From contig OX597828.1 in assembly GCA_951406725.2 (NCBI GenBank), positions 77,996,001-78,060,000 on the forward strand: 64,000 nucleotides of DNA, in the 5' to 3' direction. The notes under the pieces are model-generated. The model worked only from the letters and a program-made list of their open reading frames with translations, was not told where the DNA came from and made no database searches. The translations under genes were made by a program, and so were the position numbers. Source of the DNA: Octopus vulgaris. Taxonomy: Eukaryota. This document shows positions 1 through 16,447 of this stretch, in pieces (positions within the stretch are counted from its first letter, which is position 1; the number at the start of each line of letters is the position of its first letter).

Positions 1-229
1 TTGTGTGTGTGTGTGTTTTGTCCTCTACCACTACTTGAGGACTGGTGTTGGGTAATTTATATCCCCATAACTTAGCAGCTCAGCAGAAAAGACACTTGTA
101 GAATAAGTACTAAACTTTAAAAAAGAGTGAATTAGTGTTGTGGTTGACTAAACCTTTCAAAGTATGGCTGCAGTTCAATGACTGAAACAAGTAAAAGATA
201 ACAAACAAACAAATATATATATATGTATG

Positions 230-270
<41 letters not shown>

Positions 271-679
271 GCTTGAAATGTTAAACCATCTTTCTTTCCT
301 TCCCTGAGCATCTGCTAATACTTTCCATGTACCACGTCCTTGCATTGTAGCTTTCTTTTGTGTTTGTTGTTCTTTTTTTTGCGGGGGGGATTTTGGGATT
401 TTGCATATGTATATATGTATATATAGAGTTGAAATTTACAGAAAAACCAAAGACAAAGACAGGTGTATAAACAACAAGCAGGTGTATTAGTTTGATATTG
501 GGAAAGCGAGAAAATCTTTTATGTTTTGAGCCTACGCTCTTCAACAGAAAGGAACATGAGGAAATAAACAAAGAATATATATATATATTTATTTATTTAT
601 TTACTGAATTTGTGTAAATGTGTATAGAATAATATATTAGTTGGTAACTTTATTCAACTGATGTATATATATATATATG

Positions 680-1115
680 TATCAAATGAAATAAAATGAA
701 AAACAGGACACAAAAGATGTCGCGGTACATATGTTTCGAGCTTTATAAAACAACTTATTCTTACGTCAATGCATAATCAACATAACAGATAGTTTAAAAG
801 CCCTCTTCAGTCGCATGCAATTGCTACACCAAAGACTTGTATCACAATATGAAAGGTTTCAGAAAGAACATTTGGTATTATTTATAATGGTAGGTAAACC
901 GAGTATCATTGGGAAAGTATGTTTGTAAATCTTCATAATCAAATAGGCGTATTATTTTTTGGAGTTTAATAATAGCCTGTACGCCTATTTGATTATGAAG
1001 ATTTACAAACATACTTTCCCAATGATACTCGGTTTACCTACCATTATAAATAATACCAAATGTTCTTTCTGAAACCTTTCATATTGTGATACAAGTCTTT
1101 GGTGTAGCAAATTAA
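680..1115 (-). mobile_element. Fold-back element with hammerhead-like motif (probably a Penelope-like element end)
   Basis: Perfect 131-bp inverted repeat 821-951/980-1110. On the minus strand, CTGAAGA...GAAACATATGTA lies at 810-726. Flanked by (TA)n. Confidence 0.65.
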
Positions 1116-1122
1116 TTGAATG

Positions 1123-1181
<59 letters not shown>

Positions 1182-1203
1182 ATATATATATATATATATA
1201 TGT

Positions 1204-1443
1204 ATCATCATCATCATCGTTTAACGTCCGTTTTCCGCGCTAGCACGGGTTGGACGGTTTCGACCGGGGTCTGGGGAGCTAGGGACTGCCCCAGGCTCCA
1301 GTCTAGTCTGGCAGTGTTTCTACAGCTGGATGCCCTTCCTAACGCCAACCACTCCGCGAGTGTAGTGGGTGTTTTTTACGTGCCACCTGCACAGGTGCCA
1401 GAGGGTCTGGCATCGGCCACGTTCGGATGGTGCTTTTTATGTG
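1204..1443 (-). mobile_element. SINE-like family C (GATn tail), young copy
   Basis: GGTTGGCGTTAGGAAGGGCATCCAGCTGTAGAAAC core and GGACGTTAAACGATGATGATG end. Near-identical to 51715-51997. Confidence 0.85.
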
Positions 1444-1694
1444 GGGGGGGGTGCAGAAATATATAGGGGAGCACCAGTGGGGAGGGGTGGTTCAGAGAAA
1501 TGATGACAGGTTCTAGGCAAGTAGAACGTAGGATATCAAGAGAGGGGTAATGCATGGTGAAATAGTGTGTTGAAGAGGGGGTTCGAAGAGTAGACACCTA
1601 TAATGGTGGTGGGAGAAGCGACATCCGGTATAGATGGAGCAAAAATATAGAGATATCCGGTATTGGTGGTGGGGGTGGGCAAGGGCGGGTGCAC

Positions 1695-2265
1695 CGGGAA
1701 TATGCGAAGGTTGAACTGACGGGCTGGCTTAAAAATGCTCTTTGGAAGGGGGAAAGGAAGAGGGGGGGTGGCAGACAACGTAAAGAGGGAGAGAGAGAAG
1801 GGAATAGTGGAACCCCGCGAAAATGGGCCGCCATTGAAAAAAAAACCCCTGTATGGAGAAATAATAAGCAATACGAGGCGAAGCTGAAAATAGTAATAAT
1901 AATAATAATAATAATAAGCAAACTTTCGGCCGAGGATCAAAGGGACAATACTAATACTAATAATAGTAATAATAATAATAAATAATAAACAGCTCAACCA
2001 CAACATTAGATTAGAAAGACTCTTATCTTGGGAACATTTCGTTCTTCGGCCTGACACGGGAATATGCAAAGGTTGAACTGACGGGCTGGCTTAAAAATGC
2101 TCTTTGGAAGGGGGGAAAGGAAGAGGTGGGATGGCAGACAACGTAAAAGAGGGAGAGAGAGAAGGGAATAGTGGAACCCCGCGAAAATGGGCCGCCATTG
2201 AAAAAAAAACCCCTGTATGGAGAAATAATATGCAATACGAGGCGAAGCTGAAAATAGTAATAATA

Positions 2266-2266
<1 letters not shown>
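1695..2266. repeat. Direct duplication of a ~210-bp purine-rich unit (1695-~1902 and 2057-~2266)
   Basis: Both copies run from CGGGAATATGC to GAAGCTGAAAATAGTAATAAT with few substitutions. Confidence 0.9.
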
Positions 2267-3530
<1,264 letters not shown>

Positions 3531-6500
3531 TGATTGATTGATTGATTGATTCTAGTTTCAGCTTATGAGCTGTGGCCATGCTGGGGCACCGCCATTTGGT
3601 GTTGCTACTTGGTTTCACTTCATGGAGGCTTTCTAGCAACTGCTATTTGGTGCATGAGAGAGTTCGATGCAGCTGCCCTCATCTGCCCCTCCTGCCGTGA
3701 AGTTGGTTCATCTGGGACACCTGACAGGAAAAGATCCAGCTTCATTTTAAAGACATTTGTATCCACCCCATGCAGGTCTCTCAGGTTCTTCGGGAGGATA
3801 TTGAAGAGCTGTGGGCCTCGGAAGCCCAGGCTAAAACAGAATCTTGTCCTACATCTTGATGGCAGGTTTGGAGTCCTAGGCACCACGCAGTGGCGCCCAG
3901 TTCTGGCATTTGCGTAACTCTCGATGCCAAAGTTCAGGACACTTCCCTCCAGGATCTTCCAGATGTATATTATGGCATATCTTTCCCGCCTACGCTCCAG
4001 GGAATATAATTTTAATCTCTTGAGTCTTTCCCAGTAGCTTACATTCTGCATAGAGGCTATCTTCTTTGTGTAGCTTCGTTGGATCGCCTCAAGTTCTGTG
4101 ATCAACTTGACACTGGATGGTGACCATAGCTGAGAGCAATAGTCAAAGTGGCTTAGGACAAGTGTCTTCCAGAGGACCATCATGGTTTCTTGTTCTCTTG
4201 TTCTAAAGGTTCTAAGAATCCATCCAGCCAGCCGTCTACATTTCATTGTCAGTTTAGCAACATGTATATGAAAGGTCGCGTCATCACTCATGTGAATACC
4301 AAGGTCACGCACTGATTGTGCCTCTGGGATTGCAATCCCTCCGGGTCCAGTGTATTCATTGGGTATTGCATTTAGTTTTGCATGCTGATAGTATAAAGCT
4401 TGAAACTTTCCAGCATTGAACTGCATGCTATTCTTTTCAGCCCACTTGTATATTTCGTCCAGCTCACATTGCAGGTGTTTAGTGTCCTCAGGGTTCTGTA
4501 TTGCCTGTGAGACTTTTGTATCATCTGCATAACTTGTGATCGTGGCTCTCTGCGTGGCTGAGGGCATGTCTGAGAGGGCCATTATGAACAGTAGTGGTCC
4601 CAGAACAGTGCCCTGCGGAACACCGCTCACTATTTGTGTGTTAATGGAGGTGGCCCCATTGGCTACTACCACCTGACTTCTATCCTTCAGAAAGTCATGA
4701 AGCCATTCTCCCAGTTTTCCAACTATGTTGAGATCACGCAGTTTGTGACATATCATTCCATGATCGACTTTATCAAAGGCCTTTGCAAAGTCGAGATATA
4801 TCACTTCCACATTTGAGTGGTTGAGCAGCCGTTTCAGCACCCAGTCATAGTGTTGTAGGAGCTGAGTTAAACAGCTTCTCCCTGGTCGGAAACCATGTTG
4901 GGTGTCGGGCAGCAGGTCATTCTCTTCAAGGAAGGTGATCAGCTTCCTTCTGACTATTCGTTCCATGACCTTGCTGATGTGTGAGGTCAGAGAGATAGGT
5001 CTATAGTTCTTGGCTTCCGCTCTGCTACCTCCTTTATGAATGGGGCATATTTTACCTTCCTTCAGTTTTCCTGGAAGTTTGCCAGCTGCAAGGAAGCTCT
5101 GAAAGAGGAACTGCAGTGGTCTTGCTAGGACTCTCTTACATGCTTTTAGGAGGATTGCCGGGAATCCATCGGGGCCAGTAGCTGAGTCTGTTTTCATTTC
5201 ATCTATAGCCTTGGTTACATCGTCTTCCTTTATATCGATGTAATCTATCGTCGCCGCCTCTGATTTTATATCTGCAGTGGTAAAAAAGTCAGTTGGATTG
5301 GTGATTTGGAGATGCCCAATTGGTGGAGTGAAAACACTCTTGAATTGCTCATTCAGTATTTCACTTACCCTCATTGGTTTTCCTGTAAGTGTGCCATCCT
5401 TTTCAAGGAGTGGCCCTATTCTACAGTGCACTGTAGCTGTTTCTTTGGCATACCTGTAGAAAGCTCTGGGGTTAGATTTTATGTTTTCTATAGCCCAGGC
5501 TTCTTTGTCTGCTCTTTCTTTTTCATGGGAGAGTTGCAGACATTTTTCGATTTCCAACAGTTTTATTTTTAGGCGGGACTTTTCACTGCTTTCAATCTGT
5601 TTGTTTAGGCGATTTGAAAATTTCGTACGCCGTCTCATTAAAATTTTCCTCTCTCTGGGGATTTTGTTCTTGTGTACAGTGGCCTTTCTCTCTGGGACAC
5701 ATTTGTAGCATATGGCTTGCATTACAGACATGAATTGTTGAAGTTTCACATCGATGTCTGGCGAGGAGAGACATTCAGGCCAGTTTTGTTTGAGGATCTC
5801 TTTCTCAATTTGTTTCCAGTTTGCCTTATGGTAGTTCAAGCTGGAAAGATTTTGAGGGTTTCTTGTAGGCTGCATGTCCGTGCTCTCTTTTGGCCCGTAC
5901 ATGGTCAGCTCTATCATGTTGTGATCCGAGAGTAGTGTCGGTGTCACTTTCACATTATGGATGAGATCCATGTCATTTGTGAAGCAGAGATCCAGTGTGT
6001 TACCTGCCCTGGTTGGTTGGAGTATTACCTGCTCCATGTACAGGGTGTTGATGAGGTTCAGGAGGGACCTCGCCTGTCCTCGTTCACATCTTGTCATTCC
6101 TGGGAGAGAAAGGCCCTCGGGCCATCTGACATTGGGCAGATTGAAGTCTCCCATAAGAAGCACACCTATGTGTTGTTCTAATGTGGTTAGAATTTCTTCT
6201 ATTTTTATAAGGCAGTCTTCGAACTTGCCCACATGGCTTGGGGCATCTGGAGGGCGATATGTAGCACACACAACTACATCAAGTTGCCTAATATGTACAA
6301 TTAGTGTGTCACACACCGAGTTTGAGTATGACAAGAGGACCTGGGGTGTGAGGTCCTCACGGATGTACATAGCAACACCTCCATGACTCCTTTCTTTCCT
6401 GTCGGTCCGTAGTACAGCATACTGTGGTATGTGTAACTCCGCATCTGCTATGTCCGGTTTCAGGTGCGTTTCTGTAAGTGCTATGCATAAGGCTTGATTG

Positions 6501-6709
6501 CATGCAACAAAGTCTCTCAGGAACGGGATCTTTGTCCTGTTACTGAGTGTTTGCAGTCCTCTGATGTTCAGTAGGAGTATCGAGGTGAGGTGTACGTTGT
6601 TGCCGGCGGTGTCCATCCTGTGTCTGTTTGCTGTGGTGGTCTGGTATATAGTGGGTAGTCCCACCTGCGGGCTTGGGTTTGATGAAGCCAGGTCAGCTGC
6701 TGTACAATC

Positions 6710-6710
<1 letters not shown>
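3531..6710 (-). mobile_element. Non-LTR retrotransposon copy: ORF2, short 3' UTR, (AATC)n tail; no ORF1 or 5' UTR
   Basis: 3' UTR 3552-3619 ends in (GATT)n on + at 3531-3551. The 5' end abuts the (TA)n array under 100 bp upstream of the first ATG. Confidence 0.9.
3620..6664 (-). CDS. LINE ORF2 (APE endonuclease + reverse transcriptase), CR1/L2 group
   Basis: Uninterrupted 1014-aa ORF; first ATG at 6616. APE motifs [35 protein letters not shown] motifs [42 protein letters not shown]. Confidence 0.95.
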   Translation of the reverse strand: MGLPTIYQTTTANRHRMDTAGNNVHLTSILLLNIRGLQTLSNRTKIPFLRDFVACNQALCIALTETHLKPDIADAELHIPQYAVLRTDRKERSHGGVAMYIREDLTPQVLLSYSNSVCDTLIVHIRQLDVVVCATYRPPDAPSHVGKFEDCLIKIEEILTTLEQHIGVLLMGDFNLPNVRWPEGLSLPGMTRCERGQARSLLNLINTLYMEQVILQPTRAGNTLDLCFTNDMDLIHNVKVTPTLLSDHNMIELTMYGPKESTDMQPTRNPQNLSSLNYHKANWKQIEKEILKQNWPECLSSPDIDVKLQQFMSVMQAICYKCVPERKATVHKNKIPRERKILMRRRTKFSNRLNKQIESSEKSRLKIKLLEIEKCLQLSHEKERADKEAWAIENIKSNPRAFYRYAKETATVHCRIGPLLEKDGTLTGKPMRVSEILNEQFKSVFTPPIGHLQITNPTDFFTTADIKSEAATIDYIDIKEDDVTKAIDEMKTDSATGPDGFPAILLKACKRVLARPLQFLFQSFLAAGKLPGKLKEGKICPIHKGGSRAEAKNYRPISLTSHISKVMERIVRRKLITFLEENDLLPDTQHGFRPGRSCLTQLLQHYDWVLKRLLNHSNVEVIYLDFAKAFDKVDHGMICHKLRDLNIVGKLGEWLHDFLKDRSQVVVANGATSINTQIVSGVPQGTVLGPLLFIMALSDMPSATQRATITSYADDTKVSQAIQNPEDTKHLQCELDEIYKWAEKNSMQFNAGKFQALYYQHAKLNAIPNEYTGPGGIAIPEAQSVRDLGIHMSDDATFHIHVAKLTMKCRRLAGWILRTFRTREQETMMVLWKTLVLSHFDYCSQLWSPSSVKLITELEAIQRSYTKKIASMQNVSYWERLKRLKLYSLERRRERYAIIYIWKILEGSVLNFGIESYANARTGRHCVVPRTPNLPSRCRTRFCFSLGFRGPQLFNILPKNLRDLHGVDTNVFKMKLDLFLSGVPDEPTSRQEGQMRAAASNSLMHQIAVARKPP

Positions 6711-8659
<1,949 letters not shown>

Positions 8660-8703
8660 TTACGGAGATGTACTCGCATAGCAAGTAATTTGATCTAAGA
8701 TCG

Positions 8704-8803
8704 NNNNNNNNNNNNNNNNNNNNNNNNNNNNNNNNNNNNNNNNNNNNNNNNNNNNNNNNNNNNNNNNNNNNNNNNNNNNNNNNNNNNNNNNNNNNNNNNN
8801 NNN
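8704..8803. other. Assembly gap (100 N)
   Basis: Run of N of placeholder length. Confidence 0.99.
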
Positions 8804-9237
8804 ATATATACATTGTCTAATGTGGTATTCATCTGAGATAACATCTCAGATGTGCTGTGTTTAAAAACATGTTTACATAGCAGAAAATGAAGATCACCCC
8901 AGTAGTGGTTAGCAAGAATGCCTAATGCCCTTTGGCCTAGATGGCAATTTTAATACTTCTTCAATTGTTTATAAACACATACATACACAATCCCCCAAAA
9001 TATTTTCCACCATTCCAACTTTTAGCTTTCTCGTTTTTACATCTGTTTTCCATGCTGGTTGGAAGGTTGTTGCTGTTTTCTCAAACAGATTGGAAGATCA
9101 CATCTCTTTTAGAAGTTGTTGTTTATGGTTTGAGTTTTGGATGCCCTTCCTAACACCAACTACTTTACCAGAACTAGAGAGGGTGGTAGGAAATGAGATA
9201 GTTATGGATAGCAAAAGGTGGTTTAACTCATTATCAT

Positions 9238-9700
9238 TTAACCCTTTCATTAGCGTATTTATTTTGAGATTTTATGTTTGTTTATGTTTTCCAGTTTCAG
9301 CTCTTGAGCTGTGGCCATGCTGGGGCACCGCCATTGTGGTGAAAGAGTACAGCAGGGATCACCACCCCCTGCCGGAGCCTCGTAGAGCTTTTAGGTGTTT
9401 TCGCTCAATAAACACACACAACGCCCGGTCTGAGAATCGAAACCGCGATCCTGCGACCGCGAGTCCGCTGCCCTAACCACTAGGCCATTGCGCCATTGCA
9501 CTAGGCCATGCTCTATGTTTCTTTTAATTATTTTAAATATAACAAAGAATTTAGTAAAAATAAATGAGTTATCGTTAAGTTAGTGTTAGGAACATTTATT
9601 GTGACTAAGGTTTGGTGGAAGATTTTAATTCAAAGCTTTTGAAAATAAGACATTTGTACTACAGAGCTGGTTTCAATTGGGTTGGTAACAAAAGAGTTAA
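9238..9700 (+). mobile_element. piggyBac-type MITE family A, interrupted by a SINE
   Basis: TTAA-CCCTTTC...AAAGAG-TTAA ends; interior matches 22466-22694. Confidence 0.8.
9271..9494 (-). mobile_element. tRNA-derived SINE with a LINE-like 3' tail
   Basis: Head GGCGCAATGGCCTAGTGGTTAGGGCAGCGGACTCGCGG (A box) and GGTTTCGATTC (B box). Tail ATGGCGGTGCCCCAGCATGGCCACAGCTC matches the LINE 3' UTR. Confidence 0.9.
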
Positions 9701-10291
9701 ACTGGCTATATTGGGTCAAAATAGTGTGTTTTGTGTTCAAACTGACCAAATACAGTGTCTCACACCTACACTACAATGCCCTGCTAAAAGTAAACACTCC
9801 CATAATTGAAACCTCAAAGCTATGAGATTATGCATGATTAATTCAAAACAGCATCAATAAATAAGAATTGCATTTGACTGATTAATCTGAAGGAGCTAAA
9901 GGGTTAATTAATGAGAGCAATTGATGAATGTTGAGATAGCAGTCAACGAGTGGGAAGTATAGCTAGATACAACTGATATGATGAGGTCCCCCCCCCCGTA
10001 TGTGTGTATGCCTCAAGGTGGGTGCTAAGAATGAGAAAGGGCAGGGTGGAGAGGTGAAAAGAGGATCTGACAACAAACAGATAAATAGGTCTTACCTAGT
10101 TGTACTGATTGGCATAGCACAGGCATAGCACCCTGTCAGAGGAGAATGATTGAGAGATGAGCAATGAATGATATGTATGTACATACATGTGTGTGTGTGT
10201 GTATAATCTCATCACCTCATTTGGGGGTGGTTATGTTGGAGAGAAAAAGGGAAGTGTCAAATACTAAAATAATGTCATGCCTGTCACACAC

Positions 10292-10346
<55 letters not shown>

Positions 10347-10819
10347 CAGCCATATCTCCCCTCCTCCTTGCTTTTTTTCCCCTTCAGTTCAAAATAATCA
10401 CTTCTAATTCCTTTCATTCAGTGTGTGGAAATGTAGTTTCTTAGATAAATATTTGTAAAATGACACTTGTAGCTTCAGCTTAGAATAATATATGCTTTTT
10501 TTTTAATGATGTTGGTTTGTATATACATAGGTAGGTATACATACATACATAAATATATATATGTATCTAATGTAATGTTGGTGCTTGTGGTTTTCTCTCT
10601 GTACACATTCTTTCTGCCCATCTCATCCTCACCTACCCTCATGCATACTTTGAAATGTAAGTTTATATACCTTTCTTAATAAACTACAATTTCAGCTTTG
10701 CTGTGATAAAGTATATCTTACATTTGAAATTATTCCTTGATGTGAACATCAGTTTATGTAAAGGAGAGAGTGCACATCTTAAAATTCTGCAAAATAAAAA
10801 AGAAAGAAAAACAAGTAGA

Positions 10820-11181
10820 GCAAGAACACTCAGAGAGTGCAAGCCTCCACCAGGGCAACACCAACGTCCTCCTAACAATTAGCGGGAGATGATTTTTAAA
10901 ATGAGAAGATCTGAAGTAAACTCAACTACTCTCACAATCAAGAATGCTAAAAATGAGCCTGACCGCTCTCAAAAATTAAGTAAAAAAACAGGAAAAATAA
11001 TCCAGAATCCTTGTCTGTTACTGGATCAATCCCAAAATGTAAGCAGTTCATGTCAGTCACAAGGCCAAACATCCCTGAAAGCTTCATCTAAATCCATCCT
11101 GTAGTTCTTGAGATTTCTTGTCCACGGACAAACAAACAAACACGAAAAGAACACCCCTGCCTTTGCTAAGGCTGAGGTAAA
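10820..11181 (+). mobile_element. Non-autonomous Helentron/DINE-1-like element
   Basis: 5' CACTCAGAGAGTGCAAGCCTCCACCAGG, internal (ACAA)n and 3' CCTTTGCTAAGGCTGAGGTAA subterminal inverted repeat. A second copy lies on the opposite strand. Confidence 0.6.
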
Positions 11182-13359
11182 TATAGGCTGAGAAGGGATA
11201 GTGAAGATGTTTTCTGTCAGCATGACATAATGAGTTTTTGGAAATGTGAATTAATTCTTTGTCAGTTTGACACAAAGCAAATAAGGGTTTTCCATGGTCC
11301 TTTACCATATAACCATTTAGCTTTCAAACCAGCCATATTTGGCTAAAATATTCTGTTTTATGTTTAAGTTCTTCCAGATTTGGTCCTTCACACTTATCCT
11401 ACAATGTCATTTTAAAAACAAACAATCACATCAAATGATTAGTCAGAAACTGTCGAGAAGCCTGTCAATTGACTGTAAGCTACTTATACAAAGGTCCTGT
11501 TGTGTGTAACTTTATTAAGTTATGATAATATATTCTATGAATTTCATAAAAATGTGTGTCTATGTAACACTCAACCAGTCACATGTTAATTTATTGAATA
11601 GGTAGACCAACTGAACGCCTAACTTTGAAACCATCAGCCAAGCCTTCTTCATCATCAACCCTCTTCATATTAACTTGCCTGAGGCTGCTCCTGCTTCTCT
11701 GATACAAACTTCTTTAGCATTCAGATTACAAGCACTGGTGATGGTGCCGCATGAAAAGCATTGGTAATGGTGCCATGTAAAAAGCACCCAACAGACTCTG
11801 TAAAGTGGTTGCCATTAGGAAGGGCATCTCGCTGTAGAAACCACCCCCAAACAGACAATGGAACCTAGTGCAGCTCCTGGTCTTGTCATTTCCTGTCAAA
11901 ACCCACCCAACCCATGCCAGCATCGAAAACAGACATTAAATGATGATTGTGATTACTCTGTCAAATGTAATGCTTAATTATTCATATTGTTTTCAATTAA
12001 TTATGCAGAGATTTGAGATTTCAATGATATGATTGTTTGTTTAGTTTTTGGAATGACATTGTAGGATAGGTGTGAGAGGCTGCATCTGGTCAGTTTGAAT
12101 ATAAAATATAAAACAGTTCAAATATTTTGGCTAGATATGGCAGGTTTAAATGCTAAATGTTTAAAGGGATTTAATTTAAAATCTTCCCTCAGGTTTCCAT
12201 GTCAATTTATGTTCCCAACACTTATTTAATAGGGACAAAATTATTTTACTAGATTCTCCATTATGTCCAAAATTAATTGAAATAAAAGGCAACGTAGTTT
12301 AACAGAAATATAACAACAAAAAGACAAACCAAAGAAAAAGGGGGTTAAATATATACAAGTACAATACTTTGATTTTCACAGCCGATGTCCAAACTATTCT
12401 TGGCCATCATAGAACAGTGGCTTGGTGCTATAGAAATAAAAAAAAAAGTCCTGAATTCTCTTACTTAGGAAATATGTATCTTCAGGAATAGAGTCAGTGT
12501 TATTAAAAAAATTGGTGGTTTACTCTGTTAAGTGTTTGTATGATGATTGGTTGAAATGGCTAAATGTCTAATGTTTCAAGATGTGGTTACTAAGACAATG
12601 ATTTTGTGGATATTAACCTAATTTTTAAAGTGCATATGTACACTGCTCCACCATTCTCTGATTGCCATTAGGTGTCTTATTTCTAAATAGACTCTCATTT
12701 GCTGGATCTGAACTAGGAGCTTTTATTTTTAATGAAATGTGAAATAAATAAATAATGCTTACGTAAATGTCTGTCTCAATTGATTTGATCTTTGATTGTC
12801 ACCAGGTGTTACATTTCTCAATGGGTCCATTGTACCATGTTGAATTTCAGCTAGATAGTTTACTGCTGAGCAAACTGTAGAAACTTATCCCCTAAGACAC
12901 TGGGGGTATGTTCCCCTAAGTCACTAGTATAGGTAGATGGGACCAAAATATTGAACTTCATAATTTTCATACACCACAGACATCAATTTGAGACAGAAGA
13001 CAACCAACTGAGACACACAAATGACATGTCTATCACTTGTTGGATAATGGTGTCATCAATTACACTACATTCAACTGCTATATACTATTTTCTAAGGTCA
13101 CCATGATACTAATTTAACTACAAAATGTTAGCCATTGCTTCTTGTGAAATCACGTTCTGTACTTTTTTTTTTCAAAATGTTAGGGTTTGATTTCAGGGAG
13201 ATTTGGCTGCTATTTCAACAGGTTATGTCACCATGTAGAGGTTACCTTGTATGTATGTGTCTGTGTATTAATGTGTTTGTCTTCAATTACAAATTGTAGT
13301 TGTGACTACAATTCACATTACTGTCTTTAGGTTTTTCTACTGACTTGTGAATTGCAGAG

Positions 13360-13574
13360 CTTTTTAAAATTCTTCCAACCACTTGAATTATCTCAAATTT
13401 TTACCAGGTTAAAAAAAAAAAAAGAATTCTACAGCGATGTCATTTTGCATGCTGTTGATGAAAATCACATTCACTTTTTTTCCAACATGCAAAATTTCAT
13501 CACTAGAAAATTTGAAAAAAAATCTGGATGTTTGAAATAATTCAAGTGGTTGGAATAATTTTAAAATGAACCCG
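13360..13574. mobile_element. MITE with ~40-bp terminal inverted repeats
   Basis: TTTTAAAATTCTTCCAACCACTTGAATTATCTCAAA versus TTTGAAATAATTCAAGTGGTTGGAATAATTTTAAAA. Confidence 0.7.
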
Positions 13575-16416
13575 AATTTCTTCTAATTTTCAATTTTCAC
13601 TGTTGAATCCACTCACAACTGCTACACTCAATTCGGCACTACTCCACTCCAATATATTTCCTCTCTCATCACCACCACTCCACAGTTAACTAGAATTACA
13701 CGTTGCCCTCTAATTAATCTGTGTGTACATAATTATTGGTGCAGTCTTGTTTGACTACTTCAGTTAAAATTCAATTCAGCCCGAGCGACAATGGGTCTTC
13801 TATCTTGTCTGGTTACTTTGCTGATTAGAAAGATTATCTGGATGTCATTACCTTGTTTCAGTCATTGTAGCTTTTAGAAAAATAAATATTCCTTGTAATC
13901 AACAAGTTCTATACTATGAGAGTAGTATTGATAAAAATAGGTATTAGTTATATAGTATTCCAGTCACCTGCATCATCATCATCATCATCGTCATCGTCAT
14001 TTAGCATCTGCTTTCCATACTGGCATGGGCTTGACTGAAACTAGTAATCTGTAAAGCTACACCAGGTTCCAGTCTGATTTGGTTTGGTTTCTGCGGCTAG
14101 ATGCCCTTCCTAACACTAACCACTCCAAGAGTGTATTGGGTGCTTTTTATGTGACACTGGCATCAACCAAGTGAAACTATGGTTTCACTTGGCTTCACAG
14201 GTCTTCTCAAGCACAGCATATTGCCAAAGGTCTGTCCCTTATTATTGCTTCCGTGAAGCTCAATGTTTCAGGGGTGCATTTTATGTGACTGTTATGTAAC
14301 ACCGACATCGCCCATGACTATGGTTTCATTTGGCTTGATGGGTCTTCTTAAGCATGACATGTTGCTAAAGATCTTGGTCACTTATCATTACCTCCATGAG
14401 CCAAAGGTCTCGGTCACTTTTGTGGCTTTGTGCTGCCTATGTAAAAAATTAAATCATCATCAGTGTTCTGACATCCACTTTTCTATACTTGTATGGTTTG
14501 GACAGGGTTTATAGAGGTGGAGTTCCTACAGCCAGATGCCCTTCCTGTAGCCAACCCTCACCTGCTTTCAAGAAAGATAATATTTCCCAATGACCAGATG
14601 CATCCCAGAACACTGGAAATGAAGGACACTGTTTGCTTGATGGTGCGCGACTGAGTTGGAGGCAGATTTACTTCTGCCATAATAGCATGCCAGGAAAACT
14701 GTGTTACGGGATTGGACACAGCACATATACCACAGCAGTATGAGGATGAAACCTTCTTATGACGTAACATGAGAGTATATACCTAGATGAGTAGAAGTAA
14801 GACCAAACCCAAACCAGCTTCAGTCTTGTTTCATTGCATCAAAAGCTCTAGAAAAAAAAGAGTTGTTGGTGGTGATAAGCACTGATCAGCAAATGATTTG
14901 TTTGCTGAAATTATAAACAAAGCCACTGAGTTGTTTAGGATCAAAGGTCTGAGTGTTTCTGGTAGATGAGACACATGTCGAAATACTGGTGTCCCAGAAT
15001 CCCTCATACCAGTAAGCCAAGAGTGTTATGAATGCATTGTTGTCGTAAAAAAGAAGTTCTTCCCCTGTGACATATACAACAGGGACTGGCATATTGGCGT
15101 TGAAATCTACAGGAACATGTTAAGATTAAATATAAATCATTGCTGCTTTTTTCCTTTTTTTTTTTGTTAATTGTTTTTCATCCATTTTGCTATGCTTATA
15201 TAAATGGGATGGTTTATTTGTTACAGTTGACTGCACTTGCCAATGCTAACAATTTAATTAGGGAGCATTACTACTTGCTGTTCAGCTGTGATCAAGTGGG
15301 TGTATTATGAAAAATATTCCCACTGAAACCTGCCTATATTATCCCTCACCCCTTCCCATAAACAGTGTATTGAAGATTCCATTATCCAGTGTGTCCTTCT
15401 TTTTAAAGACTGCAGCATGATTTGAGGGAGATTTAACAGCTGTTTCTAGCAAGTTGAGTAACCACTTTGGAGGTGTTATTTGGCTTAATCACTAATCCAG
15501 AACTATGGTCAAAAGTATTTTATGATCACCCTGTTCATCAAACCTAGTGTGTTTAAGATTACAATATCCAATATGTCCTTCCTTTTTTAAATATGAATTG
15601 AAGATTTGGCTGTTATTTCTATCAGATTGTGTGCTTATATAGATCAGTGTTTCTCAAGGTAGAATGTAGCAATATTTTAGTGAGGCAGGGTTACTTCAGG
15701 ATGGGGCGGCTGTAAGTAAGAAATGAATAACACTTTCAGTGAGGTAAGAAGCTTGCTTCCTAACCACATGGTTCTAGGTTCAGTCCCATTGTGTGGCATC
15801 TTGGGCTACTGTCTTCTACTATAGCCTCAGTTTCAGGCCAATCAAAGCCTTATGAGTGGATTTGGTAGGCGGAAACTGAAAGAAGCCTCTTATATACATA
15901 CATACATATATGTGTGTGTGTGTGTGTTTTACCGCCATCCATTGCTTGACAACTGGTGTTGGTGTGTTTATGTCCCTGTAACTTAGCAGTCCAGCAAAAG
16001 AAGCTGATAGAAAAAGGACCAGGCTTAAAAAGAAAAAAAGGTTCCTGGGGTTGAGTCATTTGACTAAAGACTTCTGAAGGCAGTGCCCCAGCTTGGCCAC
16101 ACTTTTAATGACTAAAACAAGTAAAAGATATAGATAGATATAGGTGCAGGTTGCTTTCCAGTCACATGGTTTGGGGTTCAGTCCCACTTCGTTGCACCTT
16201 GGACAAGTGTCTTCTGTTATAGCCTCGTGCTGACCAGAGCCTTGTGAATGGATTTAGTAGATGGAAACTGAAAGAAACCCATCATGTGTGTGTGCGTGTG
16301 TGTGTGCATGCGTGTGTATTTGTGTCTGTATTTGTCCCCGCATCATTGCTTGACAACTGATGTTGGTGTGTCTACATCCCCGTAACTTAGTGGTTCAGCA
16401 AAAGTGTATATATCTA

Positions 16417-16447
<31 letters not shown>

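Larger units (their letters stand above)
9222..9907 (-). mobile_element. piggyBac-type MITE family B, interrupted by MITE A
   Basis: Ends in GCTAAAGGGTTAA. Other copies at ~11310-11435, 11707-12163, 17758-17983, 18880-19093, 22712-22927 and 60644-60830. Confidence 0.7.

Noticed and set aside
505-550. Hammerhead-like motif TTGAAGAG..CTCAAAAC on the minus strand
   Set aside because: Both core boxes deviate; possibly a decayed PLE end but not supportable alone.
4634-6386. Short ORFs overlapping the LINE
   Set aside because: Antisense or alternate-frame shadows of ORF2.
9420-9494. tRNA gene
   Set aside because: The tRNA-like part runs into a SINE body and LINE-type tail, with no proper acceptor stem or terminator.
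14640-15115. Unique-looking sequence with short ORFs, possible exon or pseudogene
   Set aside because: Stops in the frames examined and no recognisable motif; may be an old transposon relic.
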